The notes beneath the pieces were generated by a model. The model was not told the origin of the DNA. It searched no databases and saw only the letters and a list, made by a program, of their open reading frames with translations. From an uncultured virus (IMG/VR IMGVR_UViG_3300027714_000006) (Duplodnaviria; Heunggongvirae; Uroviricota; Caudoviricetes): 64,000 bases of DNA. Shown piece after piece: positions 61,933 to 64,000 of the stretch (within the stretch, counting starts at the first letter, position 1; each line of letters starts with the position of its first letter). A program made the position numbers and the translations under genes. The stretch lies in the IMG/VR virus record IMGVR_UViG_3300027714_000006; one strand, 5' to 3'.

Positions 61933-61962
61933 ACCTTTAAGGTATTTATAATAAAATAAACT

Positions 61963-62421
61963 ATGGCAACTAACGGTACATTTGGTATAAATTTTCCTTT
62001 TCGTGATAGTGCGAAGGGGTACTATATGGATATGACAGAATCTCCAGCGGCAGAAATACGAGCTGATTTTATACATTTATTGTTAACTAGAAAAGGTACA
62101 AGGTATTTTCTTCCTGATTTTGGTACAAGGCTATACCAATTCATTTTTGAACCTATGGATGGTCGTACCTTTGATGCTATAGAAGCTGAAATTAGAGATT
62201 CTGTTCAAAAATACATCCCTAATTTAAAAATAGATAAAATAACAATTACTCACGCAGCGGAAGCGGAAGATACTGAAGGGACTTTAGTTACAACTAACGA
62301 TGATAGGGTGTATAGGGTAGCTGGTGCTGGTACTGATGAATACACCGCGAAGGTATTAATAGAGTTTACAATAACAGAGAGTGCATTTGAAACCAGAGAT
62401 TTCATAATAATAAATTTATAA
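61963..62421 (+). CDS. Baseplate wedge subunit gp25-like
   Basis: LLLTRKGTRYFLPDFGTRLYQFIFEP; TATTTAT at 61943. Confidence 0.9.
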   Translation: MATNGTFGINFPFRDSAKGYYMDMTESPAAEIRADFIHLLLTRKGTRYFLPDFGTRLYQFIFEPMDGRTFDAIEAEIRDSVQKYIPNLKIDKITITHAAEAEDTEGTLVTTNDDRVYRVAGAGTDEYTAKVLIEFTITESAFETRDFIIINL

Positions 62422-62422
62422 G

Positions 62423-64000
62423 ATGGCAGAGAAAAAAATATCATACACTGAAAGAGATTTTTTAGGGTTAAGGAACGAACTATTAAGGTACACAAACGAC
62501 TATTACCCTGATTTAATTCAAAACGCTAACGACGCTTCATTATTTTCTGTATTTTTAGATTTAAATGCTGCGGTAGCGGATAACTTACATTATCATATCG
62601 ATAGAAGTGTCCAAGAAACCGTTCTACAATTTGCTCAAGAAAGAAGTTCTCTTTATAATATAGCAAGAACCTACGGTTTAAAAATACCAGGTAATCGACC
62701 TTCAGTGTCGGTAGTGGACTTTAGTATAAATGTCCCAGTAAGGGGTGATAAAGAAGATGCAAGGTATTTGGGTACCCTACAAAGAGGTGCACAATGTAAG
62801 GGGGCTGGACAGGTTTTTGAAACAGCAAGTGATGTTAATTTTGCTTCACCATACGACTCAAGTGGGTTCCCAAACAGAACAAAAGTCCCCAATTTCGACT
62901 CAAACGGGAATATTGTAGATTATACCTTAACTAAGAGAGAAGTTGTGGTAAATGGTGTTACAAAGGTATTTAAAAGGGTAATTACCGATACTGACGTTAA
63001 ACCGTTTTTAAAAGTTTATTTACCAGAAAGAAATGTTCTTGGTGTTGTTAGTGTGATACAAAAAGACGGTAATAATGTCCAAGCACTACCAAACCCAAGT
63101 GAATTTATATCATCACCTAATAAATGGTATAAAGTGGATGCGTTAGTAGATGATAAAGTTTTTATAGTTGATTCCACTAAACCTACGGGTAAAGCGGGTA
63201 TAAAGGTAGGGAAATATATAACCACCGATAATCGTTATATGACAGAATATACACCAGAAGGTTTTTTCTACTTAACTTTTGGTGGTGGATTATCCTCTAA
63301 CCAATCAACGCTAGATGATTTTATGAATCAGACTGGTTATAACCTAGATTTAAACAAATACATGGACAACCTATCTTTAGGGTTAGCACCTAAAGCTAAT
63401 ACCACCCTTTTTATACAATATAGGGTAGGTGGTGGAAAAAACACTAATTTAGGTAATAACGTTATTAATACATTAGGGTTGTATAATTTTTCATTAAATG
63501 GTCCTAACGGTAATATCAATAACTCAGTAGATAACTCCTTAAAGGTAACGAATATAACAGCAGCTATTGGTGGAGCTAGTATGCCTTCCATAGAAGAAGT
63601 TAGAAATTATGTTTCCTTTAATTTTGCAGCACAAAATAGAGCAGTAACAATTAATGATTACATCGCCCAGATAAGAAAAATGCCTAGTGAATTCGGAGCT
63701 CCAGCAAAGGTGGGGGTTGTAGAGGAAGAAAATAAAGTATTGGTTAAGTTATTATCTTATACTCCAGAAGGGGCACTAACTTCTAGTGTTCCCAGTGTCC
63801 TATCTCAAAACGTAGCTAATTATTTATCTGATTATAGGATGTTAAACGATTATATATCTGTGGGTTCTGCTGAAGTTATAGACCTAAGGTTAGAAATTTA
63901 CTTATACACAGATAAAGGGTTTAACCAAGGTCAAATAGTGACTAATGTGATTAATACTACAGCGGATTTCTTTGTACCGAGTAAAAGAGAGTTAGGTCAA
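62423..64000 (+). CDS. Baseplate wedge protein gp6-like (3'-truncated; absent from ORF track)
   Basis: Manual translation MAEKKISYTERDFLGLRNELL...AQERSSLYNIARTYG...FAAQNRAVTINDY; open to the end of the window. Confidence 0.88.
   Translation, partial: MAEKKISYTERDFLGLRNELLRYTNDYYPDLIQNANDASLFSVFLDLNAAVADNLHYHIDRSVQETVLQFAQERSSLYNIARTYGLKIPGNRPSVSVVDFSINVPVRGDKEDARYLGTLQRGAQCKGAGQVFETASDVNFASPYDSSGFPNRTKVPNFDSNGNIVDYTLTKREVVVNGVTKVFKRVITDTDVKPFLKVYLPERNVLGVVSVIQKDGNNVQALPNPSEFISSPNKWYKVDALVDDKVFIVDSTKPTGKAGIKVGKYITTDNRYMTEYTPEGFFYLTFGGGLSSNQSTLDDFMNQTGYNLDLNKYMDNLSLGLAPKANTTLFIQYRVGGGKNTNLGNNVINTLGLYNFSLNGPNGNINNSVDNSLKVTNITAAIGGASMPSIEEVRNYVSFNFAAQNRAVTINDYIAQIRKMPSEFGAPAKVGVVEEENKVLVKLLSYTPEGALTSSVPSVLSQNVANYLSDYRMLNDYISVGSAEVIDLRLEIYLYTDKGFNQGQIVTNVINTTADFFVPSKRELGQ

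Noticed and set aside
2568..63591. Numerous short antisense or alternate-frame ORFs in the track (e.g. poly-Val ORFs 6145..6369, 9259..9528, 16640..16981; 41084..41686)
   Set aside because: They are shadows of long sense-strand genes; poly-Val is simply the reverse complement of poly-Thr.
31201..64000. Bacterial contractile injection system (eCIS/T6SS/tailocin)
   Set aside because: Neck proteins and a complete phage replication set (PolB, SSB, UvsX, helicase, RNR) are interleaved, which indicates a phage.
1..64000. tRNA, rRNA or structured ncRNA genes
   Set aside because: Intergenic gaps are short and AT-rich; no cloverleaf or other recognisable RNA was seen by eye (tRNAscan/Infernal not run).

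Overview
This window is an AT-rich, densely coding segment of a large myovirus (distantly T4-like, probably jumbo). The host is most likely Bacteroidota, inferred from a T9SS-type cargo gene behind a TTG-N20-TAnnTTTG promoter. Positions 1-22.7 kb hold an array of giant Cys-rich modular proteins without signal peptides, joined by poly-Thr linkers. They carry cargo domains (two DUF1566/Lcl-type domains, a beta-propeller-like block, an intact Nal1-like trypsin protease, a LamG-like domain). Embedded among them is a gene resembling HPAT/SERGT1-type protein O-glycosyltransferases, and small tail-fibre-like genes follow. The rest interleaves virion genes (neck, tail terminator, sheath, tube, gp26/gp51-like pair, tape measure, two giant baseplate proteins with OmpA-like and amidase domains, gp25, gp6) with replication genes (PolB, SNF2 helicase, SSB, RecA/UvsX, 5'-3' exonuclease, DnaB-like helicase, class II RNR). 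A TATTTAT motif precedes about 15 mostly late genes. The best candidate for a new system is a phage-encoded mucin-like glycoprotein virion coat with its own O-glycosyltransferase and exchangeable Cys-scaffold modules. All product calls come from motif recognition by eye; no database searches were run.
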